A stretch of DNA of 64,000 bases, taken from a virus. Made by a program: the position numbers and the translations under genes. The stretch lies in the IMG/VR virus record IMGVR_UViG_3300042691_041718, positions 96,001 to 160,000 of that record; one strand, 5' to 3'. This document shows positions 49,105 through 58,193 of the stretch, in pieces. The stretch's first letter is position 1. The number at the start of each line of letters is the position of its first letter. The notes beneath the pieces were generated by a model. The model made no database searches. It had not been told where the DNA came from and saw nothing but the letters and a program-made list of their open reading frames with translations.

Positions 49105-49460
49105 CTATTCCAATAATAGTATTGATAATTGTAGTTATAATTATAGTTTTGTCTTGGGTAATAGTAATTTTCATAATACCAATTAGACCAATAACAATAC
49201 CAAGCATAAGAATTCCAATATTGTGCTAACCAACCATTTACAGTCCAAACATAAATATATCCAGAATACTGCTGTTGTTCCCATTGTAAAATTCTGTATC
49301 TTTTTTGATAACCACCTTGAAAATTATATTGATAATAATAGTCATATTCTTTAACTCTTTGACCTTGATATTGGTAATAATTACCAGATTGCCAACCTGA
49401 TTGTGAAAAAGAAAATAAAGTTGTTAATGTTATTAATAATGTTAGTAAAAATTTTCTCAT
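49101..49460 (-). CDS. Secreted Tyr/Trp/Gln/Asn-rich small protein
   Basis: Signal peptide MRKFLLTLLITLTTLFSFSQ followed by an aromatic-rich mature region. Confidence 0.6.
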   Translation of the reverse strand: MRKFLLTLLITLTTLFSFSQSGWQSGNYYQYQGQRVKEYDYYYQYNFQGGYQKRYRILQWEQQQYSGYIYVWTVNGWLAQYWNSYAWYCYWSNWYYENYYYPRQNYNYNYNYQYYYWNR

Positions 49461-49462
49461 AA

Positions 49463-50572
49463 TTATTTCTTAAATTCATTTTTGTCATTTGATACATAAA
49501 AATTATCAAATTGATAGTACTTATCATAAACTTCTTTAACCTTCATAAAGTTAACTTCATCTAAGATGTCATAAACACTCCAACCTTCTGGATTTATGAA
49601 TTGATTTACGTTTTTATATCTTAAAATTTCATCTTTCTTTTGTCTAACTGAGTAGAAATCTTTAACTAAGTCAAATCTGTCTTTTGTTAAATACTTTTTA
49701 GGATTGTCTAAAACCAATTTAGTAGCATCTACAACAGCATTAAAGTTTTTATTAGATGTTTGAGTTGCGATAGCATTGATTCCTTGTTGATTCATTCTTG
49801 ATTGATAGCAGTGTACATAATAAACTAAACCTCTTTTTTCTCTAATTTCTTGATAAAGTGGAGATTTTAATCCTAATGATAACATTGCGTTGATATAATG
49901 AACATAAGCAAAGTCTTCATTGATAATAGGTGATAACATAATTAAAGATGATTTATCTTTAAAATCATTATTTAACTCAAATGGTACTTTGTAGTCACCA
50001 TACTCAACATTTTTAATGATTTCTCTTTCAGCAAAATCTAAAGTCTTGTTCTTATAAGGATTGTTTTTAGAAACATTAATTACTTTAGTTGGTTTAGCAT
50101 ATTGTAGTTCCCAAAAGTTTATTATGTCTAAAAATTTTAAACTTTCTAAATCTTCTTTTAAACCGATAGGGCCATAGTCATTAAATAATTTTCTAGAAAG
50201 ATTTAACATATGAGATTCACTTAAATCTGTGAAGCTATCCATATATTCTTCCATTACAATCTTTCTCTCATTCTCAAAATCTTCTTTTGTTATTTTAAAA
50301 TCGAAAATTAAATCTACTATAATATGTTTCCATTTATTTACTTTTTCATCAAGCCCTTGGATATACATACATATATCATTAGAACTTGTCCATAAATTCC
50401 ATTCGACACCGTCTCGGTCAAAATCTTCTTGTAAGTGATCAATCATTTTTGTTTGCAAATGTTCTACCAAATGAGATATCCCGAAATTTCCTTTCTTTTC
50501 AAGGTTAGTTGAGCCTTCCCATAGTATGTAAAATGAACTTAGATCATTTTCACTCTTTAAATTAATTATCAT
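49463..50572 (-). CDS. M16-family (insulinase-like) zinc peptidase
   Basis: GISHLVEH (HxxEH), FENERKIVMEE and SPLYQEIREKRGLVY. Confidence 0.88.
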   Translation of the reverse strand: MIINLKSENDLSSFYILWEGSTNLEKKGNFGISHLVEHLQTKMIDHLQEDFDRDGVEWNLWTSSNDICMYIQGLDEKVNKWKHIIVDLIFDFKITKEDFENERKIVMEEYMDSFTDLSESHMLNLSRKLFNDYGPIGLKEDLESLKFLDIINFWELQYAKPTKVINVSKNNPYKNKTLDFAEREIIKNVEYGDYKVPFELNNDFKDKSSLIMLSPIINEDFAYVHYINAMLSLGLKSPLYQEIREKRGLVYYVHCYQSRMNQQGINAIATQTSNKNFNAVVDATKLVLDNPKKYLTKDRFDLVKDFYSVRQKKDEILRYKNVNQFINPEGWSVYDILDEVNFMKVKEVYDKYYQFDNFYVSNDKNEFKK

Positions 50573-50726
50573 TTTCTTCTAAATATTTTTTTATTAAATA
50601 CTCTACAAATCTAGATTTTTTATAAAACTTAGATTTTAGTAGTTCATCTATTTTTTGATTTAGTTTAGGATCAATACTTATTGAAATTTTAATCCTTTTT
50701 TCATCATCGGGTATTTTATTATTCAT
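50562..50726 (-). CDS. Ribbon-helix-helix (CopG/Arc-like) DNA-binding protein, 54 aa, not in the ORF track
   Basis: MNNKIPDDEKRIKISISIDPKLNQKIDELLKSKFYKKSRFVEYLIKKYLEENDN*: alternating beta strand KISISID, helix, then KSRFVEYLI. Confidence 0.7.
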   Translation of the reverse strand: MNNKIPDDEKRIKISISIDPKLNQKIDELLKSKFYKKSRFVEYLIKKYLEENDN

Positions 50727-50801
50727 AATTACTTATAAAAAAAATTTTAAAAAAGTTTATAAAAAGTATGTAGGAAAGTGGTAAGTTTTTATATATAAAT
50801 T

Positions 50802-51602
50802 ATGTTATTAAATAAATTTATAAAAGTTAAAGTTTCCAATAGAACTAAAAAATATTTCCTTGAAAAGGGATATATTGAAGATAATGGTTATTTTATGGTT
50901 TTACCAGAGGATATGAATGATTCTAATAGAACAAAAGTAAAATGTGAATGTGAATATTGTGGAGTAATAAATGATGTAACTTGGTCAAATTATATATTAC
51001 AAATGAATAAAGCGGAAGAGAAAATATATTCATGTCATAAATGTCATTTTAATAAGACAAAAATCATCTTTATGAAAAATTATGGGGTAGATAATATTCA
51101 AATTTTAGATCAAGTTAAAAATAAAATTAAAAAAACTTGTATGGAAAAATATGGTGTTGATTGTGTTTTAAAATCAAAAAAGATAAAAGATAAAATTAAA
51201 AATATTTTTATAGAGAAGTATGGTGTAGATCACCCTATGAAAAATGAAAAAATTTTTAATAAAGCTCAGAAAAACTCATATAGAACTATAAAATATAAAG
51301 AAACTGAATTATATTATAAAGGAACGTATGAATTAGATTTTATAGAATATTGTATAAAAAATGAAATTAATATAGAAAATGGTCCAACTATAAAATATAA
51401 ATTGTGTGAAAAAGAAAGAGTTTATTATTCGGATTTCTTAATAAGAGATATTAATCTAATTGTTGAAGTAAAGTCAACTTATACTTATTGTGATTATGAT
51501 GAAAATATAGCAAAAATGAAATACACAATAGAGAATGGTTATAACTTTATTTTCATTATAGATAAGGACTATACTGATTTTGAAAAAATAATAAATTCTT
51601 AA
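50802..51602 (+). mobile_element. Putative homing endonuclease (Zn-ribbon, KYGV repeats, PD-(D/E)xK domain)
   Basis: CECEYCG and CHKC; three (K/N)YGVD repeats; YYSDFL...IVEVKS. Oriented opposite to its neighbours. Confidence 0.7.
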
Positions 51603-51630
51603 TACTCTTTTTCATAAAGTATATATTAAA

Positions 51631-52605
51631 TTAAAATACTCTACTCTTTAGGTGTTTTATAAAGTCAAAACTAACTTCATGTGAATTTACAATCATATCA
51701 TCATTTATATCAATTTCGATAAAATCATCCATATTTCTCATTTTCTGAAAATAGTGCTCAGCAGCGTCTTTAGCAAACTTACTTACCACAACTTTGGTTG
51801 GTATTAAATAATAATCAAAAAGATCTCTTAGAATACAAGCTGTTCTTAAACCAACCGGATCATTATCAGCCACAATAGTTATTTTACTAGGCTTCTTTTT
51901 AAGAACTTGGTATAATTGAATTCCACTCCACATAGCACTTGAACAAGAAACGGCATTCCTACCCATATTATTAATGGCTACCATATCAAATATACCTTCG
52001 GTTATCCATATTTCACTTCCTTCTAAAATAGTATCTAATCCCCAAACAGGCACATCAGGACAAGCTAAAGAGTATTTTAAAGTTTTAGTATCGTTATTTT
52101 CTATTGAAATTTTTCTGATAGCACAATTCACTAATTCACCACCTTCAAAAAGTGGAATAACTATTCCACCAACATTTAAACCATCATCTAAAAACTTTCT
52201 AAGAACTGGATGTACGGTTGCTCCTAAAATCTCCAAGTGTTCTTTACTTTCAACAGATGATAAACCGAATAATTGATATTTAAGAATTGTTTGTTCGCCA
52301 ATTCCTCTATTAACTAAATACTCATATTCTAAGTCATTAAAAGAACCAATCAAGTTGGATACTAATGGTGTTAATTCAGTAATCTGTTGTTTTGTAACAT
52401 AAACATCACCTGAACTTAAATCTAGTTCTTTTGAATTAACCTCAATGAACCTTTGTGAGTTATACATACTCTTAATCTTTGATAGATTCTCTTCTAACTC
52501 AATTAGTTTATAAGGATTGATGTTACTTGGTAGGAAATTTTTAACCACTCCATTAACAGAGCGATTATTAAATAAAATAAAACTCAAATCTTCTTTAGAA
52601 TACAT
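51631..52605 (-). CDS. TOPRIM-domain DNA primase-like protein
   Basis: IWITEGIFDMVAI, IVADNDPVG and KDAAE. Confidence 0.8.
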   Translation of the reverse strand: MYSKEDLSFILFNNRSVNGVVKNFLPSNINPYKLIELEENLSKIKSMYNSQRFIEVNSKELDLSSGDVYVTKQQITELTPLVSNLIGSFNDLEYEYLVNRGIGEQTILKYQLFGLSSVESKEHLEILGATVHPVLRKFLDDGLNVGGIVIPLFEGGELVNCAIRKISIENNDTKTLKYSLACPDVPVWGLDTILEGSEIWITEGIFDMVAINNMGRNAVSCSSAMWSGIQLYQVLKKKPSKITIVADNDPVGLRTACILRDLFDYYLIPTKVVVSKFAKDAAEHYFQKMRNMDDFIEIDINDDMIVNSHEVSFDFIKHLKSRVF

Positions 52606-52678
52606 AAATAATTTTTATGTTAAATTTTATATATTTTTTTTGAAATGTTTAATAAAATCTATATATTTGTATTATAAA

Positions 52679-53329
52679 ATGAAAAATATGATAAAAGTAG
52701 GCTTATCAGGTAATAGATATTCAGGTAAAGATGTTTGTTGTAGAATATTTGAACAAATCGGTGTTCCGGTATTTAATGCAGATGTTGTACTTAAATTTAT
52801 TCTTAATTATAATTATGAGATTAATTATAAAATCAGAAGTGCGTTTGGTGATGTTTTTTCACTAAAAGGTGATTTACTTGATTTGAATAAGTTTTCAGAA
52901 AAGAGAAAGTTTGATGATTTACTTGATATTGTCGAGTATGAATTGTTAAATGCTTATGACGAGTTCAATAAACGTCATAAACAAAAAGTCTATACTATCT
53001 TCCACTCTTCTATTTTATATGAAAGAGAATGGCATAAAGTAATGGATTATAACATTACTGTTTTCTCTTCAAGAGACGAAAGAATAGATCGTTGTAAAAA
53101 ATCAACAAAGTTAGAAGAGCATAAAATCAAACAATTGATAAGTTCTGAGTTAGACGAGTTATGTAAAAACTCTTATGGAGACTTTGTATTAAGTAATTAC
53201 TTAGGAGCAGTTCCATCTTATGGTGATATTATAGACCAAATAAGTAGAGTTGATCAAAAAATTGTTGATAAGTACTTATTGAAAGAACAAACAACTTACG
53301 GAGAAGATTTTAATCCTAATTTATTATAA
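52679..53329 (+). CDS. coaE: Dephospho-CoA kinase; start reassigned to ATG 52679
   Basis: IKVGLSGNRYSGK, GVPVFNAD and R..R motifs. The track start at 52517 overlaps the primase. Confidence 0.75.
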   Translation: MKNMIKVGLSGNRYSGKDVCCRIFEQIGVPVFNADVVLKFILNYNYEINYKIRSAFGDVFSLKGDLLDLNKFSEKRKFDDLLDIVEYELLNAYDEFNKRHKQKVYTIFHSSILYEREWHKVMDYNITVFSSRDERIDRCKKSTKLEEHKIKQLISSELDELCKNSYGDFVLSNYLGAVPSYGDIIDQISRVDQKIVDKYLLKEQTTYGEDFNPNLL

Positions 53330-53658
53330 TGAGAAAAAAAATATATTTAGCAATCGCATACACGGGTTATGAGGATCTTAGTTTCGACTTGGCTAATAAA
53401 GAAGCAGCGAAACTAATTAATGAGGGTCACTTTGTATTTTCACCAATTAGTATGTCACATCCAATATCAAAACTTGGTGGTTTGGATGGATCATGGGACA
53501 CTTGGAAAGAATTAGATATGGAGTTTATCAGATGGTGTGATGAAGTCCATGTTATAAACTTTAATGATTTAGCAACTAAAAATTCAGTCGGTGTTAATGA
53601 CGAGATTAAATACGCTAAAGAAATAGGAAAAGAAGTTATTTATATTCAAAAATTTTAA
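53329..53658 (+). CDS. DUF1937 or nucleoside deoxyribosyltransferase-like protein
   Basis: KIYLAIAY, GHFVFSPISMSHP, W...D..FIRWCD and SVGV..EI..A...GK.V. Confidence 0.75.
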   Translation: MRKKIYLAIAYTGYEDLSFDLANKEAAKLINEGHFVFSPISMSHPISKLGGLDGSWDTWKELDMEFIRWCDEVHVINFNDLATKNSVGVNDEIKYAKEIGKEVIYIQKF

Positions 53659-53660
53659 TT

Positions 53661-54056
53661 ATGGCAAACGCTTATGTACATTCAAAATCTTCAGCTAGAA
53701 AGTTCGGTGGTGAAGTAGAAGATTATTTACCAATTCATATCAAAATGGATTGCTCAAAGGCTTATATTTCAGATAATCGACACAGATGCTTGACGCATAA
53801 TTCATTCTGGATTCATGAAGTTATGATTCCAATTTTTGGATATACTATTACAAACTCTGTTGGTAAAGTAGTTTCTGTAAAAGATATTTGTGAACAACAT
53901 ATTTTAGAAGATTTTGGTATGAGATTTATTCCAACTGCTCAAGACTATTTAGAAAATATGGAGTTTCAAGATTGGATGCAAAATGGTATTAAAGGTAGCC
54001 CATCATCATTTAAAAAATTAAGTGAAAAGGGCAATATTAAAGTAAATATGGATTAA
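53661..54056 (+). CDS. DUF6915-like protein
   Basis: HSKSSARKFGG..EDY..IH, RHR..TH and EQHILED. Family recalled from memory. Confidence 0.65.
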   Translation: MANAYVHSKSSARKFGGEVEDYLPIHIKMDCSKAYISDNRHRCLTHNSFWIHEVMIPIFGYTITNSVGKVVSVKDICEQHILEDFGMRFIPTAQDYLENMEFQDWMQNGIKGSPSSFKKLSEKGNIKVNMD

Positions 54057-54057
54057 T

Positions 54058-54798
54058 ATGTATGTAATAGCCAAATCTACGTCAAAACGTTTAATTAAAG
54101 GTTCTACTTATGAAGTTGATAAACTTTTCAATAGTGGTACTAACCAAAATCGTTGGATGGAGGGTAGAATAGTCTTAAAAGAAGTTAAAGGATGGTTTAG
54201 AGTAACTCAATTTACTGATGTTAATGGTAATGATGTTCCAAGAACAGATATCAATAACGTTATGACTACTTTTATCAGTGATAGTGCAAAGTTTGAAGAA
54301 TTAAAAGTTGGTGATATACTTGTTTGTAAAACAGATAACTATAAAACTATTGTAAACGGTGGTTATTATAAAATTGAAAGTTTAGATACTAAAACTAAAC
54401 AAGTACAAAGTTGGACTGGTAACAATTACACAAGTAGTGAGAATAAAATTAAGTTTGTTGGAGTTAAGAGAGTTATGAAATATAACTCTTGGAATTTCAG
54501 AAAAATGACTACTCAGGAGTTAAGAGATGCTAACTTAAATGAATTATTAAATAATGAGAAACTTAATGTTTTTGATAAACCGATTTCAAGAAAATTAGAC
54601 TACTCGGAAAATCCTGATTTAGATTTAATTAAATCATTAGCAATGTCAATTTTAGATCCTAATAGACATAAATTATCAATTATTGATTGGGCATGTGAAA
54701 AACATGATCGAAAATTAGGAATACAAAATAAAGATTTTGAAAGATTATTGGAGTTGCCTCTTAAAGATTTATTAGAATTAATAGAAACAAACAAATAA
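54058..54798 (+). CDS. Hypothetical protein
   Basis: ORF in the operon. Confidence 0.6.
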   Translation: MYVIAKSTSKRLIKGSTYEVDKLFNSGTNQNRWMEGRIVLKEVKGWFRVTQFTDVNGNDVPRTDINNVMTTFISDSAKFEELKVGDILVCKTDNYKTIVNGGYYKIESLDTKTKQVQSWTGNNYTSSENKIKFVGVKRVMKYNSWNFRKMTTQELRDANLNELLNNEKLNVFDKPISRKLDYSENPDLDLIKSLAMSILDPNRHKLSIIDWACEKHDRKLGIQNKDFERLLELPLKDLLELIETNK

Positions 54799-54861
54799 CA
54801 ACACACACCCTACGATAAAAGGGAGTATCTTGTATTTTATATATAAAAATAAAATACTAAT

Positions 54862-55440
54862 ATGAAGTGGAAAGATAATGATGTTATAAATGGATTTAAA
54901 TTATTAGAAAGATCTGAAAAGAAAGGTTATTGGAAAGCTGAACATAAATGTGGTAGAGTATATGAGTTCAGAACATCACAAATAAGATCACAAAGTCATT
55001 GCAAAGGATGTATAAATGAGTATCATATTGAAAATAGAGGTAAAAATCACAAATCATGGAAAGGATGTGGTGAGTTATCATCAGATCTTTTTACAACAAT
55101 AAAATTAAATGCTAGAGATAGAAAATTGACTTTTGATTTGACTATTGAATTTCTTTGGGATTTATTTTTAAAACAAGATGGAAAGTGTGCTTTATCAAAG
55201 ATACCAATTTATTTAAATGAAAAGTGTAGTGATAAAAAATACAAAACCGCGACTTTAGATAGAATTGATAGTAATAAAGGATATATAGTCGGTAATGTTC
55301 AATGGTTACATAGAGATATAAATAAAATGAAGAATAACTTTCCAGAGGATTATTTTTTCAAAATGTGTGAATTAGTAAGTTCAAACAACAAAAATGAGAA
55401 TTTTGATATAAAACCTGGATATTTTTTTAACAACAATTAA
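54862..55440 (+). mobile_element. HNH (His-Me finger) homing endonuclease
   Basis: CALS..., TLDRIDSNKGYIVGNVQWLHRDINKMKN; has its own TTATATATAA motif at 54837-54846. Confidence 0.8.
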
Positions 55441-55450
55441 ATAATATAAT

Positions 55451-55945
55451 ATGGAAATAAACGAAAAACTAGAAAACCTTAAAAAACTTAAAAAGGAGTT
55501 AAGGTCTAAAAGAACTGAATTGGATGATGCTTCATCAGATCTTTTTGACTCTTGGTGTAAAGATTTTTTTACTAAAAACTCAGATGTGATTGAGTCATTC
55601 GCTTGGAACCAATACACACCCTATTTTAACGACGGGGACGCGACAGTGTTCTCAGCAAACACAGATTACATAAAAGTAAATGATGTTTATTGTGATGAAT
55701 TGGAAAATATTCAAAAAATAAAAGTAACAAATTGGGGTACTTGGAACAGAGTAACTAAAAAGTATGATAATCGAGTAGAGTTTGAAAATCCAAACTATGA
55801 TGAAAGATTGGATAATTTAGTTACTGAGATTAAAGATTTTTTACAATTATTTGATGATGATTTTTATCTAAGTAAATATGGAGATCATACAGAAATAACA
55901 GTAACTAAAAATGGTGTTGATGTTGATGAATACGATCACGATTAA
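55451..55945 (+). CDS. Hypothetical phage protein with a WNQYTPYFNDGD motif
   Basis: Conserved-looking motif seen in other phage hypothetical proteins (from memory). Confidence 0.6.
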   Translation: MEINEKLENLKKLKKELRSKRTELDDASSDLFDSWCKDFFTKNSDVIESFAWNQYTPYFNDGDATVFSANTDYIKVNDVYCDELENIQKIKVTNWGTWNRVTKKYDNRVEFENPNYDERLDNLVTEIKDFLQLFDDDFYLSKYGDHTEITVTKNGVDVDEYDHD

Positions 55946-56829
55946 TAGAATTTTCTACCCAATGACCAACCATCATTTAAGTATAGATCTAATTGGTCCA
56001 AACTAACTTGTTTTGATTTTTTTAATATATCATTCTTAATCCACTTGGTGTTTAATTGGTTATTTGTTTTTTCTTTTGGGCGACCTAGGTAAAATCCATT
56101 TTGTAAATAGGTTGATAGGTCGTCTTTAGATACAGCTATAGTTTTCCCATCTTCTATATTAGTAACAAATGTTCTGTTATACATTGGATTTTTCCCACCA
56201 CCTTTTGGAATTTTCTTAAATTTTTCTCTTGTCTCTTCGCTTATTACTCGATCCTTTGTTATATGCTTGTATTCACCATTTAAGAATTTTGGGTCATTTA
56301 CTGAAACCCATTTTTTAATTCCATTTTTGTCAATTATTAAAGTCTTTCCTTTAATTTTTGAGAATATCTCACCTGATATAATTCTTGGATCGTCTTTTTT
56401 AACGCGATAATTATTACCATCTGAGTCAACTGCCATTATAAAGTCACTCAATGTTGATTTTAATTTACCAGATATAAAATCTGGATCATCTTTTGAAACT
56501 CTAAATCTTTTACCAATCTCATTTTCTACTAAAATAGAACCATTATTTGGTCTCCACCCACCACCTAGTATAATATTATATGTGTCTTTTCGTTCTATGA
56601 ATTCCCTATTAACAATTTTCTTTTCCATTAATATCATGTCATCTCTATTATCAAAAATGTATAATACCTCTTTTGTGAAATTTTCTCGTCCATATAACTT
56701 TAAGTCTAATTTTAAATTTTTACCGGATCCCATATAGGAATCGTTTATATCATAGGTCTTATGTATTCCCACATAAATTTTACCATTCAATATATTTTTT
56801 ATTTTATATACAATATAATACATTTTCAA
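55942..56829 (-). mobile_element. Seg-like GIY-YIG homing endonuclease
   Basis: YIVYKI.N..NGKIYVGIH.T..IND.YMGSG, then E...V, and YN...GG. Confidence 0.85.
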
Positions 56830-56938
56830 ATATACTTTTTATTGTATATATAAAATAGTCTTAGGTCTCCGAACCTACTTATGGATAAAAAAAGTAAATT
56901 GAGTTCTTAATATATACATTAAGAATTTTTTTTATTTT

Positions 56939-57403
56939 ATGAAACATATTAAATTATTTGAAGCATTTAAAGGTAGACCTTATATAGACAGAAGAGCTAT
57001 GGCTGCTAGAAAACCTGTTGAGATTGGCTATTTAAAACAACCAGTTGAGATTAGAGTTGAGATTGAAAAACCAACACACACATCAGATCGTCAATGGAGA
57101 CATGGTGTGGATGATAAGATAACAGATGATGATATAGTAGAAACTATTGAAAAGGCTATTGAGCAACTTACTATTGATTTAATGCAGGATGAATTTGATA
57201 TCTATCAAAATGAGGATGATTATCCAACAAGAGGTGTTAAAGCTGGTGATTTTAATAGATTTGTTATAAAAAACAAAGAGAATAACTTAAATATTGTTTG
57301 TATTCTTCAACCAGGAGAATGGGAATTTACATTAACTATAATAACTATAATGACTAAACCGAATTTCACAACATATCCAGGTCAGCATGTTATTGTGGTT
57401 TAA
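56939..57403 (+). CDS. Hypothetical protein with a capsid-targeting-like N-terminus (MKHIKLFE)
   Basis: Recurrent N-terminal motif; TAATATATAC at 56908-56917. Confidence 0.6.
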   Translation: MKHIKLFEAFKGRPYIDRRAMAARKPVEIGYLKQPVEIRVEIEKPTHTSDRQWRHGVDDKITDDDIVETIEKAIEQLTIDLMQDEFDIYQNEDDYPTRGVKAGDFNRFVIKNKENNLNIVCILQPGEWEFTLTIITIMTKPNFTTYPGQHVIVV

Positions 57404-57753
57404 TCTAGTAAATCTCTAAGTATTCTATCTCTTTTTTGTCTTTTTGATTCTTTACCGGATTCAATAATTTCAACTTCAATATATGAATTATTAGTTGGTG
57501 TGAAATTACTACGCTCCCACTTACCAAACTTACCAACTAATAAAGATTTTTTATATTTAACACCACATTTTTGACATTGACAAAATACATCTTTCCAGAC
57601 TTTACCATTAAATCTATCATAGAAGTATGATGTTTCATCTTCTACAAACCACTTCATATCCCAACCTCTCATTTGATGACGACAAAATAATATTTTAATA
57701 GACTTTTTAATTTCTATTAAGGATGATTTTATAATTTCTATTGTACTAATCAT
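57400..57753 (-). CDS. Hypothetical protein with a Cys/His zinc-binding motif
   Basis: FCRH...CQKCG; ends in RDRILRDLL. Confidence 0.55.
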   Translation of the reverse strand: MISTIEIIKSSLIEIKKSIKILFCRHQMRGWDMKWFVEDETSYFYDRFNGKVWKDVFCQCQKCGVKYKKSLLVGKFGKWERSNFTPTNNSYIEVEIIESGKESKRQKRDRILRDLLD

Positions 57754-58132
57754 TTATTTGAAGCCACATCCCATCAGTTAGTAATTGATACTTACCAATG
57801 AATACATATTTATTTTTCCATTCTTCTGGTGATATAATAGATAAAAATTCATATTCACCATTCGAATAAAGATAATAATTATTTCCAACAATTGGTTGAA
57901 AGTTATACTTAGATTTATAAATACGTTCATTTAAATTTATACTATTCATCAAATCTTCATATTGAGATTTAATTTCGTTAAATCTTTGAGTATAATGATG
58001 TTTTAATCTATTGGATTTATCAAGTTTAAACAACTCAATATTATCGGGTTCAAATGGTTGTGAACCAATTTCAGTTGGATATGCTTTAGAATACCTATCA
58101 GGTACATAACTATCGGGTAACTTTTTTTCCAT
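57746..58132 (-). CDS. DUF2452-like protein
   Basis: YPTEIGS..F.P, SKYNFQPIVG..YYLY and LSIISPEEW. Confidence 0.7.
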   Translation of the reverse strand: MEKKLPDSYVPDRYSKAYPTEIGSQPFEPDNIELFKLDKSNRLKHHYTQRFNEIKSQYEDLMNSINLNERIYKSKYNFQPIVGNNYYLYSNGEYEFLSIISPEEWKNKYVFIGKYQLLTDGMWLQIND

Positions 58133-58143
58133 AAATTTTATAT

Positions 58144-58175
58144 AAAAAAACCTCTGAAAGTTTCAGAGGTTTTTT
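58144..58175 (-). terminator. Intrinsic terminator downstream of the S1 gene
   Basis: aaaaaacctctgaaa-g-tttcagaggtttttt perfect inverted repeat. Confidence 0.85.
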
Positions 58176-58193
58176 AAAGAGTTTTAAATAATC

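Noticed and set aside
52517-52678. N-terminal extension of CoaE in the ORF track
   Set aside because: It overlaps the primase on the opposite strand, and the kinase motif begins right after ATG 52679.
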